Origin: a virus
Virus record (IMG/VR): IMGVR_UViG_3300025137_000020
Coordinates: 1 to 64,000 of that record
Length of the DNA stretch: 64,000 nt
Reading direction: 5' to 3' (one strand)
A model generated the notes under the pieces. That model did no database searches. It saw only the letters and a list, made by a program, of their open reading frames with translations, and had not been told where the DNA came from. This document shows positions 35,942 to 45,442 of this stretch, in pieces. The position numbers and the translations under genes were made by a program. Within the stretch, counting starts at the first letter, position 1. Each line of letters opens with the position of its first letter.

Positions 35942-36830
35942 TGTCGTTTGGCTCTCCAAATGGATTTAATTCACTAAAGTCTAAGTAATTGTTATTGATT
36001 GCTTCAAAGTCTGCAGCGTCGTCAAACGCGTCATTTGAATATATTTCTGATGTCAAATCTTCTTCGGCCGCAACAGTCGCAGCTGCAGCTGATTTGGTAC
36101 CAACAATAGTATCACCGATTTTAATCTTATTGACAGTACCGTCAACAACTGACAGTGTGCCAAGGTTTAATACGATTGGGGTCTGGTCTTCATCAAAGCC
36201 AAGAACTTCTGAGGTTCCAACAGAAGAATCTGCAAACGTAATGTTAACCTCTTCGCCTATCTCAAATTTAGTCGTGGACGTATAAGTAATCCCAATACTA
36301 GTTGTAGCTTCGTGAATTGTTTGAACATCATCAATTAAACCAAGTCCCGTGTCAATATCTTCGCCTCGGTATTCGAATAGTTCACATTGAAGTTTATATA
36401 CGACAAGATTGTTTAATTGATAAAAAGGCTGTTCGTGTTCAACAAATTTCAATTCAAATAACGACTTTGACAGTGGAATATAAATTAAGTCACCTTCTTT
36501 AGGTCTTATCATATCCGACCCTCGGGTGGCTCTTGAAAAGCTTCTTCTTGCTACGATAAGGCTAACTTGGTCTCTTATCTCTAATCCAAATTTACCGAGC
36601 AAATCGCCATCACCATCAAAGCCATCAGTATTTTCGATATACATTTCAACAAGGTATGAATCCGTAAATTTAGACTCGATGGTTTCATTGATTATATCAT
36701 CAGAGCTAATAATATCACGAGGAATATAATACACATCTTGACCGTAAATACCCAAAGCTTCTACGACCATATCCTCGTAGAGGTCTTTCTCTCCTACAGA
36801 GCCCTGTGAAAAATAAGTATTTCTTGCCAT
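35934..36830 (-). CDS. gp14: Neck protein
   Basis: YGQDVYYIPR, KFGLEIRD, RPKEGDLIY, FVEHEQPFYQL, DFSELNPFG. Confidence 0.96.
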   Translation of the reverse strand: MARNTYFSQGSVGEKDLYEDMVVEALGIYGQDVYYIPRDIISSDDIINETIESKFTDSYLVEMYIENTDGFDGDGDLLGKFGLEIRDQVSLIVARRSFSRATRGSDMIRPKEGDLIYIPLSKSLFELKFVEHEQPFYQLNNLVVYKLQCELFEYRGEDIDTGLGLIDDVQTIHEATTSIGITYTSTTKFEIGEEVNITFADSSVGTSEVLGFDEDQTPIVLNLGTLSVVDGTVNKIKIGDTIVGTKSAAAATVAAEEDLTSEIYSNDAFDDAADFEAINNNYLDFSELNPFGEPNDNA

Positions 36831-36842
36831 AATATCATCTCG

Positions 36843-37655
36843 TTATCCTACATAGAAAGCCGGAGGCATTTCGTATTTAAGTTGAGCCTCTTCTTCGATC
36901 TTTATGATTTCTTCATTAGCTTCATCATAAATCTGTTGACCGTTCATTGTAACTCCACCGGGCAATTGCATCCCATCAAACTTTTTGATATTAGTACCCC
37001 ACTGCTTTTTAACTAATGCAGTTAAATATTTTTTTAAGAACATATCGTTATATACTTTAGTTGATGTAGCTTCTGTTGTTGCCGATACGTCTGCGCCGGA
37101 ACCATAAGTATCTCCGGTCGAATTTGTTTTTGGTACAACTGCTTCATAACCCTCAAACACTATGTATTGGTCTAATCTTAAGTCAGTGCCCCATCGGGTC
37201 TCAATATAAAGCCTATTTATGTGTCTGTTAAATCTTACTGTTTGGTCTTTGCCATCAAACATTTGATCTATCAAAGCTAGGTGTTGTTGTGTCATTGAAT
37301 ATTGCAGCATATTACCTGCCCCCTTATTCAAATCATATAAGCCATTTAACATCATTTGATATTCTATATTAAAGTCGCCGGTACCACCAGAATTAGAATT
37401 AAATGGTAACACTCTAGACACGGTAAGATAGGTATCTGGTATAGTAATATACTCGTTGTCGATATCCGCCTGGGTTATCTTATATTTTCGAAATCTTTTA
37501 ATTACAGCGTCTGAATGATACTCTTGGTAAAATTGCAGCGCTTCATCTAGACGATCACCTAGTTGGTCATCATCTACATTTATTTCAATCACTGGAGCTC
37601 CTAAAGCTCTTAAACAATAATCAACTAATGTTTGTCTAGAATATGGTTTCGACAT
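36843..37655 (-). CDS. gp13: Neck protein
   Basis: YCLRALGAPVIEINVDDDQ, LKKYLTALVKKQWGTN..KF.G.QLPGGVT.NG. Late promoter at 37661-37668. Confidence 0.96.
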   Translation of the reverse strand: MSKPYSRQTLVDYCLRALGAPVIEINVDDDQLGDRLDEALQFYQEYHSDAVIKRFRKYKITQADIDNEYITIPDTYLTVSRVLPFNSNSGGTGDFNIEYQMMLNGLYDLNKGAGNMLQYSMTQQHLALIDQMFDGKDQTVRFNRHINRLYIETRWGTDLRLDQYIVFEGYEAVVPKTNSTGDTYGSGADVSATTEATSTKVYNDMFLKKYLTALVKKQWGTNIKKFDGMQLPGGVTMNGQQIYDEANEEIIKIEEEAQLKYEMPPAFYVG

Positions 37656-37701
37656 ATATCTATTTATAAGAAACGACTAGTCGGAATGGCAGAAACTACA
37701 T

Positions 37702-39897
37702 TTAACTATTTGGGCCACTTGATTTATACACCTGCCCCGCATCTATTAATTGAGATTCATCTATTCGAGGTGGCCAACTAGTAGTACCGTATGTTTCATA
37801 CGGTGCTCGTGATGTACTTCTAAGATCACCTTGAGGTTCTACGACAGAAGTAATATGAATCCCGCGTCTCATTCCGTAGTTCCCCTCTTTTACCCATGAA
37901 ATCTCGCCATTCTGTTTTCCTTTCCACCCAATTAAATAGTATCCGTGACCTCCATGGCCACCGCCGCCACCTCTGTTACCTCCACCCCCGGTACTACCGC
38001 TTTGCCCGCCATAAGTTCTAATAGTTGGATGACCATATAAAGTATTATATATTACGACTACACTTCCGCCGGCCCCACCTCCGCCAGATGCGCTACCACC
38101 GTCGCCAGACCGCGTTCCATTAAGAGAGTTACCATTTTGGCCTCCTCCAACGCCTTCCTCATAGCAACTCGAAGAGCCTGAGCCGGGTGTATAAGCATTA
38201 CTGTTATCACTCGACCCTCTACCTTGTCCCCGCGCGTATAAAAGGGTCGCATCTGATTGATAATATGCTGAGTTAGTACCACCACTAGCACCACTGCTTT
38301 GATCCGATCGCTTACCCATAGGAATTGGTGCTAAATAGTAACTATTGGATACGTCGCCAGCTGATTCGACTGCAACCCCGCCCGTCTTTAAGTTTGGCGC
38401 GTCTGCAAATCTTATAATAGGCGCTACTAAGACAATACAACCGGCTCCAGTAGCATTTTTGCCACCCGGCACCCCGTCATATGTAATGGTACTCCGCCGC
38501 CAGCTACTGCCGCTGGAAACCGATGTACTGACGATGCCACCCTTGCCGCCGGCACCGCTCACTCCACCATAAAGAACTGGAAAATCATCGTTGTTGGCGT
38601 AGGGATCGGCCGCTAAACCATATTTACCTTTCATAGTATACCCAAAAGATTTCATAAATGATACAGCAGTACCATCCGCGCTTCTGCCACTGACTCCGTT
38701 GGCCCCTGAGCTATTGTTTCCGCGGTAGCCTCCACCTGCGCCACTCGCGCTTTGTACTACGCTGCCTGAAACGTTAGCGCCTTCGTCTATAGTGCGCTTA
38801 TAGCTTAATGCAGTGCTCGTGCCACCGGTGGCGGTGAGGGATCTGCTATTAGCACCACCACCACCGCCGCCACCACCAGTGCTAAAAATCTGGCTATATG
38901 CTGCGGCCGACCCAAAATCTGAGGTGGTGTTCGCTCCTGTTCGCGTTCCTGTGGGGTTTGCATTTATTCTTACCCCAGCTCCGAATGTAATAGACTTAGT
39001 AGCAAATATAATAACACGACCAGGATACCCAGTAGGAACCAGTTCTGTGTTATCTCGTATGACTACATCAGTAAAATTTTTAGTGCCATTGATTTTAGCA
39101 TTTATAAATTTGCCAATCCCTGCACTTGAATAATAACTACAATTTTCATCTGTGGAGCCGCCGCTGCGCGGTCTTCCTTCAAAATAAATGTACTCGAAAA
39201 AGTTATCTGCGAATAACTTGCGGACGGCGGAGGCGGGGTCACTCGTGTAAAACGGGTCTTCATACCAAATTCCACGGTAAGAGTATTCACTAGCGACGGA
39301 CGCCGATACCCTATCTGCATAAGGATACAGATTCTGACCTGACAGATACATTCTAGTAAATGGTGTTACACCAAATGGTACTTTAGATTCTCTTGAGAGC
39401 ATCCGTCGGTAGAAGGAGGTTCCACCTGAGGTGTATAGTGTTACTAATTCCCACCCGCCCCAACGCCTTCCAGCGCTTAATACACCATTATTATAAGTGG
39501 TAGATTCATTCCAAAGAAAAAAGTAGTCCAAGCCCAAAGGCGTATTATCATAAATTGATACAGCAACCCAAGCTTTTTTACCAACAAAAAAACCAGCGCT
39601 TTCAATTTCTGAACCGTCCAAACCTGCGTGGTAAGTTGCCGTTGACATTGTACTACGGTATCCTGGTGAAGCTGTATCAGTAGCAGTTATGGTAGTTTCA
39701 ACCCATTTAACACCATCTTGAGATGCGGGGTCGAAGTGTGGAAAGCTACTTGCGATGATCCCACTTTTAGGTTGGCCAGGATTGTATGTTTGTTTTACTT
39801 CATACTCGATTGGCCCATAAACGTGAGAGCCATCAGATCCGTCACCCCAGCGATACGGCTCGGGTGTTGTTATTTCAACTTGACCGTGTCTACTCAT
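37702..39897 (-). CDS. Glycine-rich virion/tail-fibre-associated protein
   Basis: Poly-Gly tracts with GxGGxVxIxY-type strands; directly follows the long tail fibre. Confidence 0.6.
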   Translation of the reverse strand: MSRHGQVEITTPEPYRWGDGSDGSHVYGPIEYEVKQTYNPGQPKSGIIASSFPHFDPASQDGVKWVETTITATDTASPGYRSTMSTATYHAGLDGSEIESAGFFVGKKAWVAVSIYDNTPLGLDYFFLWNESTTYNNGVLSAGRRWGGWELVTLYTSGGTSFYRRMLSRESKVPFGVTPFTRMYLSGQNLYPYADRVSASVASEYSYRGIWYEDPFYTSDPASAVRKLFADNFFEYIYFEGRPRSGGSTDENCSYYSSAGIGKFINAKINGTKNFTDVVIRDNTELVPTGYPGRVIIFATKSITFGAGVRINANPTGTRTGANTTSDFGSAAAYSQIFSTGGGGGGGGANSRSLTATGGTSTALSYKRTIDEGANVSGSVVQSASGAGGGYRGNNSSGANGVSGRSADGTAVSFMKSFGYTMKGKYGLAADPYANNDDFPVLYGGVSGAGGKGGIVSTSVSSGSSWRRSTITYDGVPGGKNATGAGCIVLVAPIIRFADAPNLKTGGVAVESAGDVSNSYYLAPIPMGKRSDQSSGASGGTNSAYYQSDATLLYARGQGRGSSDNSNAYTPGSGSSSCYEEGVGGGQNGNSLNGTRSGDGGSASGGGGAGGSVVVIYNTLYGHPTIRTYGGQSGSTGGGGNRGGGGGHGGHGYYLIGWKGKQNGEISWVKEGNYGMRRGIHITSVVEPQGDLRSTSRAPYETYGTTSWPPRIDESQLIDAGQVYKSSGPNS

Positions 39898-39903
39898 ATT
39901 TTA

Positions 39904-42900
39904 TTAGCTAGGTTGTAAATCGTATGTGATTGCTGCGTAGAAGATACCTGATACATATACACCAGATAGAATATCAACTCCGTCGGGTCCAGGTGTTAAT
40001 GTTGGATCACCGCCTGCAAAGTGCATATTGCTTGGAAAATCAATGTCGTAACTACCAGCGTTTTTGATGATCATTGTAAATGCTCCACCGGTGTCTCGAG
40101 TACTGTTCGCGGACAATGTCATAGTAGAATTACCACTTACATTAATAACATGAACATTAGAATCTCCTAGATATATTGTAAATGCACCATTAGCAGTAGT
40201 TGTCTTAATGTTATTTGTGACAGTACCTTGAAATTTTACATGATTCGAATCGTGGTGATAGCTAAACACTCTGTGCTCGGCACCACCAGAGCTATTACCA
40301 GTTTCCTCTGGTCTTGACGTACCGCTGATTTGAGTTGTGCTAGCAGATTTTCTAAAGAATGTTATTTCGTCCTCACTTCCAACAACTGAAGGGTTGTTGT
40401 CGCCGTTGTATAAGAAACCACCACCGTGAGTACCCGATTGGCCAACGTAAATTCTACCAGTTCCTTGGGAGGTACCCATAAGTCGAAGCTCTGCGACTTC
40501 GGTATCTGGTGCGACTATATCAATACCCTCGCCATTGGCGTAGTGACCACTAGGAGAAGCTGTACCAATACCAAGTCTCCGTCGTGACTGGTCGTATACC
40601 ATACCATTGGTATCAATTGTCAAATCTCCACTTGCTACAATTGGCTGGCTGAATGTAATATTACTAGAATTGAACTGCGCCACTGTAGAAGAACCACCTG
40701 GCTGTAGTTTAATATTTTTAGCCGCTGCAGCAGTTGCAGTAGTTCTAATTTCAAGACCTGAAGAGCTGGCTTTAATAGCATGAAGGGAACCACCACCAGA
40801 GCTTTCAAATCTAATATGGTCACCCACATCAGTAGTTCCAGTTTTTGTAGATTTTAAACTTAACACCGCATCTGGTGTGATGTCCATTGCGGTGGCATTG
40901 CCAGAAATGAATAGAGCATTTTCAAATATGTTCGATCCATTTCTGCTGATTTTATATCTATCTACTTTAGTTGCACTATTGGCTCTACGTGTTGTAATAG
41001 AGAAGATTCGATCGTCGGCAGTACCTACTTTAATAGTAGCTTGCATTACCCCGCTTCTATAAAAATCAAGAACCGAGGAATCGGCATTTACATTAAACCC
41101 ACCACATGCATTAGTTTTTCGCGAGAACATGAAAAATGGACTTCCGCTATTGTGATTAAACGAAAATCCTTGGTCTGTATTGTTTAAACCAGGTACGCCA
41201 GTGCTGTCAGTAAGTGCGCCAGTTGAATCAGTCTTAAACAAGATAAGCCTGGTTGTGGTCATATCAAGCGCGTAATCTGTATCAGCTGACGAGCCAGATT
41301 GGGTTTGCAAATCGTTATCGGCTAGATTTTGAGCCGTCCTTGCCATTAATCCTAACCTATTGTATGAAGTGTTAATATTGTTTCTAAAGGTAGTACCCGT
41401 TGTGTGCCTAACTACAAAGTGGTCGCCACTGCTGTTATCGCAGAGGTCTAAAACAAGACTACCGTAATCAGTGGCGTTGGTCGTCGCGGAGGAGTCTTTA
41501 CTGTTTTCAGCATATAATCTTGCGCCATCTGTACCATCTCCAGCAGCTTGCTTATCGATGGCTGGAAACTGTAAGTATTCTTTTCTATTCAGATAACTGC
41601 TACTATCACCGGAAGATGCGAAGGTCCCAGCCGTTCCGCGTATACGTACTGTCCCTTGTACATCCAATGCTTCAGCTGGTGTTGTAACACCTATACCAAT
41701 CGAATCCGATTCGATCGTGGGCACTTTGAACTTAACTAAAGATTCGACTTCAGTACTATTCCAATCCATAACCCTGGTACTATCAGAATATAGGGCGAGG
41801 TCTTCGGAGTTATTTCCATGTGTTCTAAAATAATGGCTTTTACCAGTACCAAAAGTGCCTTCTATCTTTAACGCAATATTGTTCTCGAAATCTCCTTTTA
41901 AATGAAGTTGGGCATCTGGATTAGTAAGGCCTATGCCAACCTTACCATCTGTATCGATAGCTAATCTTTCTTTGCTATCAGTTTGATCATAAATTCTAAA
42001 TACTCCAGCATCAGTAATAAGTCTAAAGTGACCTTCAGAGTTCTGTAAGTCGTAGCCAGCTTGGCCAGCGCCTGTTGTCTTAACCAAGACTTTAGCACTC
42101 CCCACAGTTGTGTCAGTTACATCTAGAAGTGCAGTAGGAGCGGTGACTCCTCCAATACCAACTTTTCCATCAGTATCAACTACGAACTTTGTTTGTGCTG
42201 GACGAGCCGTGTCAATGCCATCTGCGGCATAACCAAGCATAAAGGTAGATTGAAGATAGCCGCTTCCCGCAAACCATTCACGATCATTGGCACTAACTGC
42301 GCTATTTAAGCTATCTTTAATATAAATCCCTGCGGCTCTACCTTCGAATCCTATTAGGTTTATGACTGCAGTATCCAACGGCGCAGCGCCGTCATCGGCT
42401 ACATCTACCACTAATCCGCCATGACTAGTCGTCCTAATCGTTCCGCCGGCGACGATGGAACCTACATCAGAAATATTACCAGATGCATCAACATCAAAAT
42501 TACCATTAGCGGCCTGTATAGTTCCGTCTGCATATATGTTACCACTAATATGAAGATTGCTACCGACATAAAGCTTCTTGGTCACGGCTAATCCGCCAGA
42601 TAAAGTATTTGCTCCACCGTCTGCTGAGCTTGTTGCGTCTGTTGTTAAAGTATTAGTAAATATACCATTCATTGATATACCACCAACCTCATCCAAATCT
42701 ACTTGGTTAAACTCTACAGTAGCTGAACTTCCCGTTGATGATATTCCAGTAACATTCAAATTACCAGTGATATTAACATTACCTTTTAATTTAGCGTCTC
42801 CATCGACCTGAAATTTGTATGGTCCGTAAGTCCGGCCATCTAAATCTACAGTAGCATCAGCCGAAGTTGCGTTTATTCCTACAAAACTATTGTCGGAGTC

Positions 42901-45219
42901 GATGGTTAGAGCGGTGTGCGTCGCGTCAACTTTTCTAAAGAAGTGCTTCGACGCGTCATAATAGGCTTTATTCTGTTGAGAGGCTTCGCTCCAAGTTCCG
43001 CTGTATAATTCTATATTTGCTCCACCGACGTTCAAAGCGTCACTCTGTAATATTAACTTCCGAGCTGTATTAGTGCCAAATGCACCTATGGTTCCACTAT
43101 TTAGGAATATTCCTGCGGTCGCAAATCCGACATCGTAAGCACTAGTTGCACCAATACTCAGCCGTTGATTCGATGGGTTATAAATTAATTTATTGCTAGC
43201 GGTACTACCAATTTCTAAATTGCCGAGACCTACAATTGAACTAGTTGAAAGTAGAGAACCACCAGTGACCGCCGAGCTAGCAGTAAGCGCTCCAGTTACA
43301 GTTGTTGTTGAATCTGTAATTGTAAGTCTATTACTGTTAGCAATTTTAAATTGGTGTTCTGTAGAGCCGGTAGAATCTTTTTCTATTCGATAATCATTGG
43401 ATACAAAAGTACCATCACCATCACGGGTTTGGATTTCAAATGTATGGTCATTGCCAATAGTTAAATTAGTCTGATTATATCCAGTAGTAGTACTATCACC
43501 ACCTGTAGGTGAGTTAGACGTATCAAAAAGTTTAAACGATGGATTAGTACTTTTAGCGATGATCTGACCGATGGCAGTGATACTCCCCGTAGTACTAAGC
43601 TCTCCACTACTAGTAAGTGTCATCTTAGTAGCAGCACCGTGGATACCGCCTATGCCGAATTTAATAGAACCCGTACCAGCATTTGACATATAAAATGCTT
43701 CATCTCTATGCCCTTGGATACCGTATCCATTAAATCGAGCATTTTGGTCACCCGGGTCACCATTTGTCCCTGTACCATCGCTGAAGAAGTCATTAACGCC
43801 TTTAATTGTTCCACCGACGTGCAATGTCGAAGATGGGGTGACGCCAGTACCAAGATTAATACCAACTCTATCATTGCCGGCATCTACAAATAGTGTGTCG
43901 TCATCGACATTCAAATCTGCCCCTGTTGAAATTAATACATCTTTTCTAAAATCAAATTTTCTATCGACGATAACCGTATTACCAGCTACTCCCAGCGAAA
44001 TAGTATCGCCTTGCAGCTGGCTAAACAGAGTTCTTAAATCTTGGAAATCAGATTCCCGTGGAATCTGCATATCGAATGAACTGCTTCCAGTATATCCACT
44101 GGACAATGGGCTATTCAACCCATAAGTTAAATTCTGTTTAGATATTGAATCAACATGACCATAAGCATCAAATCCAATATTAGATAAAATCTCTACTTCT
44201 CTATGTCCGACTTCAGAATTTGCTGGAGAAGAAGACGTAAACGTCTGGTCAGATTGAACACTAACCGCAGCATGATTAAGTGTAACCGTCTGATTGACCC
44301 CATTATTAAGAAAGAAGTTTCCGCCATCAGTTAAATGATTACCAGCAGTGACTGTAACAAGTTTATTATTAGCTGAGTTGACTTCTAATTCACTGACTAC
44401 GGTCAGCTGACCATATTGATTATAAGTAATTTGTGGTACTAATACCTTTCTTATTTTACCAGATGTGTGGGTGTAAGCTTGAGCTTCTTCTTCATCTGAT
44501 ATTGCACCTTTGGTGGCTGCGGTAATTAAACTAGTAAGACCAACTTCGGCTGCACCACCATTATTAACAACACCATTTGTTACAGTAATATTTCCGCCAG
44601 AAGCACCAGCTAAAGTCTTTACGTAGTTTCCGTGAGTTTTAACTCCAAGCTCAAGTGAATAATCTTTTACCGTAACTTTACCACTAGAAGAGTCTATATC
44701 TAACGGCCCTTTCTTTTCGTTTCCTGCTCCTAGCTGGTCGTTTCCATCAGCTCCAAATGTTTGATTGGTGTTAGAAAGTATACCACCTAATTCATTATCT
44801 TTAGCTGTAAGCAGGTTGATTGTTCTATCGGCTTGCAGATTGCCCGTTCCGTCTAACCCTATTCCAGCTGTTATAACAATAGTATCCCAAGCTTTATTTG
44901 ATAAGTCAGTAGCAATAGCAGATAAGTCTTCTGCATGTTCGGTAAGATTAACATCTATTTCAGAAATATCACCATCATTCTTAGTAATTTGACTTTGATG
45001 ACTTACAATTGCAGTATTAAAGTCTGATGCCAATTGATTTAAATTCTTACGAAGTTCTTCAATCGTATTTGTATTTTTAACACCACCACTTGGGAATGCC
45101 GATAAATCAGCTGCGGAGTACGCGGCTGCATATGGACTACTTAACGCAGTCGGCGAATCAGCAGAGATTGTTCTGGCAGTATATGCTGGAGATTGGTGTG
45201 TTTGAGTTCCTGTTGGCAT
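39904..45219 (-). CDS. Long tail fibre protein
   Basis: N-terminal TNTIEELRKNLN coiled coil, repeated (G)KVGIG...P...LDV beta-repeats, C-terminal domain ...FTMIIKNAG...IDFP....FAGG.PTLT....VDIL. Confidence 0.8.
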   Translation of the reverse strand: MPTGTQTHQSPAYTARTISADSPTALSSPYAAAYSAADLSAFPSGGVKNTNTIEELRKNLNQLASDFNTAIVSHQSQITKNDGDISEIDVNLTEHAEDLSAIATDLSNKAWDTIVITAGIGLDGTGNLQADRTINLLTAKDNELGGILSNTNQTFGADGNDQLGAGNEKKGPLDIDSSSGKVTVKDYSLELGVKTHGNYVKTLAGASGGNITVTNGVVNNGGAAEVGLTSLITAATKGAISDEEEAQAYTHTSGKIRKVLVPQITYNQYGQLTVVSELEVNSANNKLVTVTAGNHLTDGGNFFLNNGVNQTVTLNHAAVSVQSDQTFTSSSPANSEVGHREVEILSNIGFDAYGHVDSISKQNLTYGLNSPLSSGYTGSSSFDMQIPRESDFQDLRTLFSQLQGDTISLGVAGNTVIVDRKFDFRKDVLISTGADLNVDDDTLFVDAGNDRVGINLGTGVTPSSTLHVGGTIKGVNDFFSDGTGTNGDPGDQNARFNGYGIQGHRDEAFYMSNAGTGSIKFGIGGIHGAATKMTLTSSGELSTTGSITAIGQIIAKSTNPSFKLFDTSNSPTGGDSTTTGYNQTNLTIGNDHTFEIQTRDGDGTFVSNDYRIEKDSTGSTEHQFKIANSNRLTITDSTTTVTGALTASSAVTGGSLLSTSSIVGLGNLEIGSTASNKLIYNPSNQRLSIGATSAYDVGFATAGIFLNSGTIGAFGTNTARKLILQSDALNVGGANIELYSGTWSEASQQNKAYYDASKHFFRKVDATHTALTIDSDNSFVGINATSADATVDLDGRTYGPYKFQVDGDAKLKGNVNITGNLNVTGISSTGSSATVEFNQVDLDEVGGISMNGIFTNTLTTDATSSADGGANTLSGGLAVTKKLYVGSNLHISGNIYADGTIQAANGNFDVDASGNISDVGSIVAGGTIRTTSHGGLVVDVADDGAAPLDTAVINLIGFEGRAAGIYIKDSLNSAVSANDREWFAGSGYLQSTFMLGYAADGIDTARPAQTKFVVDTDGKVGIGGVTAPTALLDVTDTTVGSAKVLVKTTGAGQAGYDLQNSEGHFRLITDAGVFRIYDQTDSKERLAIDTDGKVGIGLTNPDAQLHLKGDFENNIALKIEGTFGTGKSHYFRTHGNNSEDLALYSDSTRVMDWNSTEVESLVKFKVPTIESDSIGIGVTTPAEALDVQGTVRIRGTAGTFASSGDSSSYLNRKEYLQFPAIDKQAAGDGTDGARLYAENSKDSSATTNATDYGSLVLDLCDNSSGDHFVVRHTTGTTFRNNINTSYNRLGLMARTAQNLADNDLQTQSGSSADTDYALDMTTTRLILFKTDSTGALTDSTGVPGLNNTDQGFSFNHNSGSPFFMFSRKTNACGGFNVNADSSVLDFYRSGVMQATIKVGTADDRIFSITTRRANSATKVDRYKISRNGSNIFENALFISGNATAMDITPDAVLSLKSTKTGTTDVGDHIRFESSGGGSLHAIKASSSGLEIRTTATAAAAKNIKLQPGGSSTVAQFNSSNITFSQPIVASGDLTIDTNGMVYDQSRRRLGIGTASPSGHYANGEGIDIVAPDTEVAELRLMGTSQGTGRIYVGQSGTHGGGFLYNGDNNPSVVGSEDEITFFRKSASTTQISGTSRPEETGNSSGGAEHRVFSYHHDSNHVKFQGTVTNNIKTTTANGAFTIYLGDSNVHVINVSGNSTMTLSANSTRDTGGAFTMIIKNAGSYDIDFPSNMHFAGGDPTLTPGPDGVDILSGVYVSGIFYAAITYDLQPS

Positions 45220-45225
45220 CTTTGT

Positions 45226-45441
45226 TTAACCTATTTTATTTATTAAATTTTTTACTAAATCTTTTAGTTCATTTACTTCAGCTCTTAAATTATTCATATT
45301 ATTTTTTTCTTCTAGAATCCTCTGTTTCTTTATAATATACTTTTCGTAAGCTTCACTGTCTGTATTTATAATAGCTTTAGAGTAATTATTCCTAAGCAGT
45401 TTAGGATTATCCTTAATTTGATGAAAATTACAATCGCTCAT
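45226..45441 (-). CDS. Small conserved coiled-coil virion-associated protein
   Basis: L.R...SKAIINTD..AY..Y...K followed by a coiled coil; typically follows the DUF4815 gene. ATG 45441. Confidence 0.7.
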   Translation of the reverse strand: MSDCNFHQIKDNPKLLRNNYSKAIINTDSEAYEKYIIKKQRILEEKNNMNNLRAEVNELKDLVKNLINKIG

Positions 45442-45442
45442 T

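Noticed and set aside
37674-37683. Perfect 10-bp palindrome CGACTAGTCG upstream of the gp13 late promoter
   Set aside because: Single short instance with no second copy noticed; compatible with chance.
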